In this document: positions 62,671 to 64,000 of the stretch, piece by piece
Numbering within the stretch: the stretch's first letter is position 1
Layout: the number at the start of each line of letters is the position of its first letter
Assembly: GCF_988243305.1 (NCBI RefSeq)
Contig: NZ_OZ547136.1
Direction: 5' to 3' (one strand)
Length of the DNA: 64,000 bases
Notes under the pieces: generated by a model
What the model was told of the DNA's origin: nothing
What the model saw: the letters and a program-made list of their open reading frames with translations, nothing else
Databases searched by the model: none
Position numbers and translations under genes: made by a program

Positions 62671-63999
62671 TAAGGAGATCCCCTCATAATTTCCCCAAAG
62701 CGTAACCATGTGTGAATAAATTTTGAGCTAGTAGGGTTGCAGCCACGAGTAAGTCTTCCCTTGTTATTGTGTAGCCAGAATGCCGCAAAACTTCCATGCC
62801 TAAGCGAACTGTTGAGAGTACGTTTCGATTTCTGACTGTGTTAGCCTGGAAGTGCTTGTCCCAACCTTGTTTCTGAGCATGAACGCCCGCAAGCCAACAT
62901 GTTAGTTGAAGCATCAGGGCGATTAGCAGCATGATATCAAAACGCTCTGAGCTGCTCGTTCGGCTATGGCGTAGGCCTAGTCCGTAGGCAGGACTTTTCA
63001 AGTCTCGGAAGGTTTCTTCAATCTGCATTCGCTTCGAATAGATATTAACAAGTTGTTTGGGTGTTCGAATTTCAACAGGTAAGTTAGTTGCTAGAACCCA
63101 TGGCTCCTTTGCCGACGCTGAGTAGATTTTAGGTGACGGGTGGTGACAATGAGTCCGTGTCGAGCGCTGATTTTTTCGGCCTTTAGAGCGAGATTTATAC
63201 AATAGAATTTGGCATGAGATTGGATTGCTTTTAGTCAGCCTCTTATAGCCTAAAGTCTTTGAGTGACTAGATGACATATCATGTAAGTTGCTGATAGGTT
63301 TCCAGTTTTCCGCTCCTAGGTCTGCATATTGTACTTTTCCTCTTACTCGACTTAACCAGTACCAACCCAGCTTCTCAACGGATTTATACCATGGCACTTT
63401 AAAGCCAGCATCACTGACAATGAGCGGTGTGGTGTTACTCGGTAGAATGCTCGCAAGGTCGGCTAGAAATTGGTCATGAGCTTTCTTTGAACATTGCTCT
63501 GAAAGCGGGAACGCTTTCTCATAAAGAGTAACAGAACGACCGTGTAGTGCGACTGAAGCTCGCAATACCATAAGTCGTTTTTGCTCACGAATATCAGACC
63601 AGTCAACAAGTACAATGGGCATCGTATTGCCCGAACAGATAAAGCTAGCATGCCAACGGTATACAGCGAGTCGCTCTTTGTGGAGGTGACGATTACCTAA
63701 CAATCGGTCGATTCGTTTGATGTTATGTTTTGTTCTCGCTTTGGTTGGCAGGTTACGGCCAAGTTCGGTAAGAGTGAGAGTTTTACAGTCAAGTAATGCG
63801 TGGCAAGCCAACGTTAAGCTGTTGAGTCGTTTTAAGTGTAATTCGGGGCAGAATTGGTAAAGAGAGTCGTGTAAAATATCGAGTTCGCACATCTTGTTGT
63901 CTGATTATTGATTTTTGGCGAAACCATTTGATCATATGACAAGATGTGTATCTACCTTAACTTAATGATTTTTACCAAAATCATTAGGGGATTCATCAG
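62671..63999 (-). mobile_element. IS10 insertion sequence (IS4 family), about 1329 bp
   Basis: Right terminus at 63999 matches the IS10 outside end (reverse complement CTGATGAATCCCCTAATGATTTTGGTAAAAATCATTAAG). Left end contains GAGATCCCCTCATAATTTCCCCAAAGCGTAACC, the IS10 inside end. Left junction is placed to within a few nt. Confidence 0.88.
62684..63892 (-). CDS. IS10 transposase
   Basis: 402-aa ORF MCELDILHDSLYQFCPELHLKRLNSLTLACHALLDCKTLTLTELGRNLPTKARTKHNIKRIDRLLGNRHLHKERLAVYRWH..., full length and apparently intact. Confidence 0.93.
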   Translation of the reverse strand: MCELDILHDSLYQFCPELHLKRLNSLTLACHALLDCKTLTLTELGRNLPTKARTKHNIKRIDRLLGNRHLHKERLAVYRWHASFICSGNTMPIVLVDWSDIREQKRLMVLRASVALHGRSVTLYEKAFPLSEQCSKKAHDQFLADLASILPSNTTPLIVSDAGFKVPWYKSVEKLGWYWLSRVRGKVQYADLGAENWKPISNLHDMSSSHSKTLGYKRLTKSNPISCQILLYKSRSKGRKNQRSTRTHCHHPSPKIYSASAKEPWVLATNLPVEIRTPKQLVNIYSKRMQIEETFRDLKSPAYGLGLRHSRTSSSERFDIMLLIALMLQLTCWLAGVHAQKQGWDKHFQANTVRNRNVLSTVRLGMEVLRHSGYTITREDLLVAATLLAQNLFTHGYALGKL

Positions 64000-64000
64000 T

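Noticed and set aside
62671-62675. Mismatch between the first ~4 nt of the IS10 inside end here (TAAGGAGATCC...) and the terminus I remember (CTGAGAGATCC...).
   Set aside because: May reflect imperfect recall, a variant IS10 copy, or a junction offset of a few bases; element length (1329 bp) and the outside end are consistent with IS10, so the identification stands but the exact left junction is uncertain.

Overview
This window reads as an Escherichia coli chromosomal segment, collinear with the K-12 map from the colanic-acid capsule cluster to the nickel/cobalt efflux locus. Gene order on the window is: cpsB/manC, wcaI, gmm, fcl, gmd, wcaF-A, wzc, wzb, wza (all minus strand); yegH; asmA-dcd-udk; dgcE (yegE); alkA; yegD; yegI; yegJ; pphC (yegK)-yegL; tandem Ibs/Sib type I toxin-antitoxin repeats; mdtABCD-baeSR; yegP; yegQ; cyaR sRNA; yegR; yegS; gatR-gatDCBAZY; fbaB; yegTUV; yegW; yegX; thiMD with its TPP riboswitch; rcnR-rcnA; and rcnB interrupted by an IS10 element at the right edge. 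All identifications come from reading the ORF translations and DNA motifs against remembered E. coli protein and RNA sequences; no database search was run, so names are recall-based and start codons were adjusted by eye. The most interesting locus is yegL-pphC-yegI (about 26.2-30.3 kb), a vWA / PP2C phosphatase / Ser-Thr kinase triad of the TerY-P type, a class reported to have anti-phage activity in other bacteria; I regard it as a candidate conflict or stress-signalling system, poorly characterised rather than wholly undescribed. Other strain-specific points are three (not two) tandem Ibs/Sib units, IS10 inside rcnB, an intact gatR, and no P2-like remnant between cyaR and yegR. No rRNA, tRNA or CRISPR array was seen.
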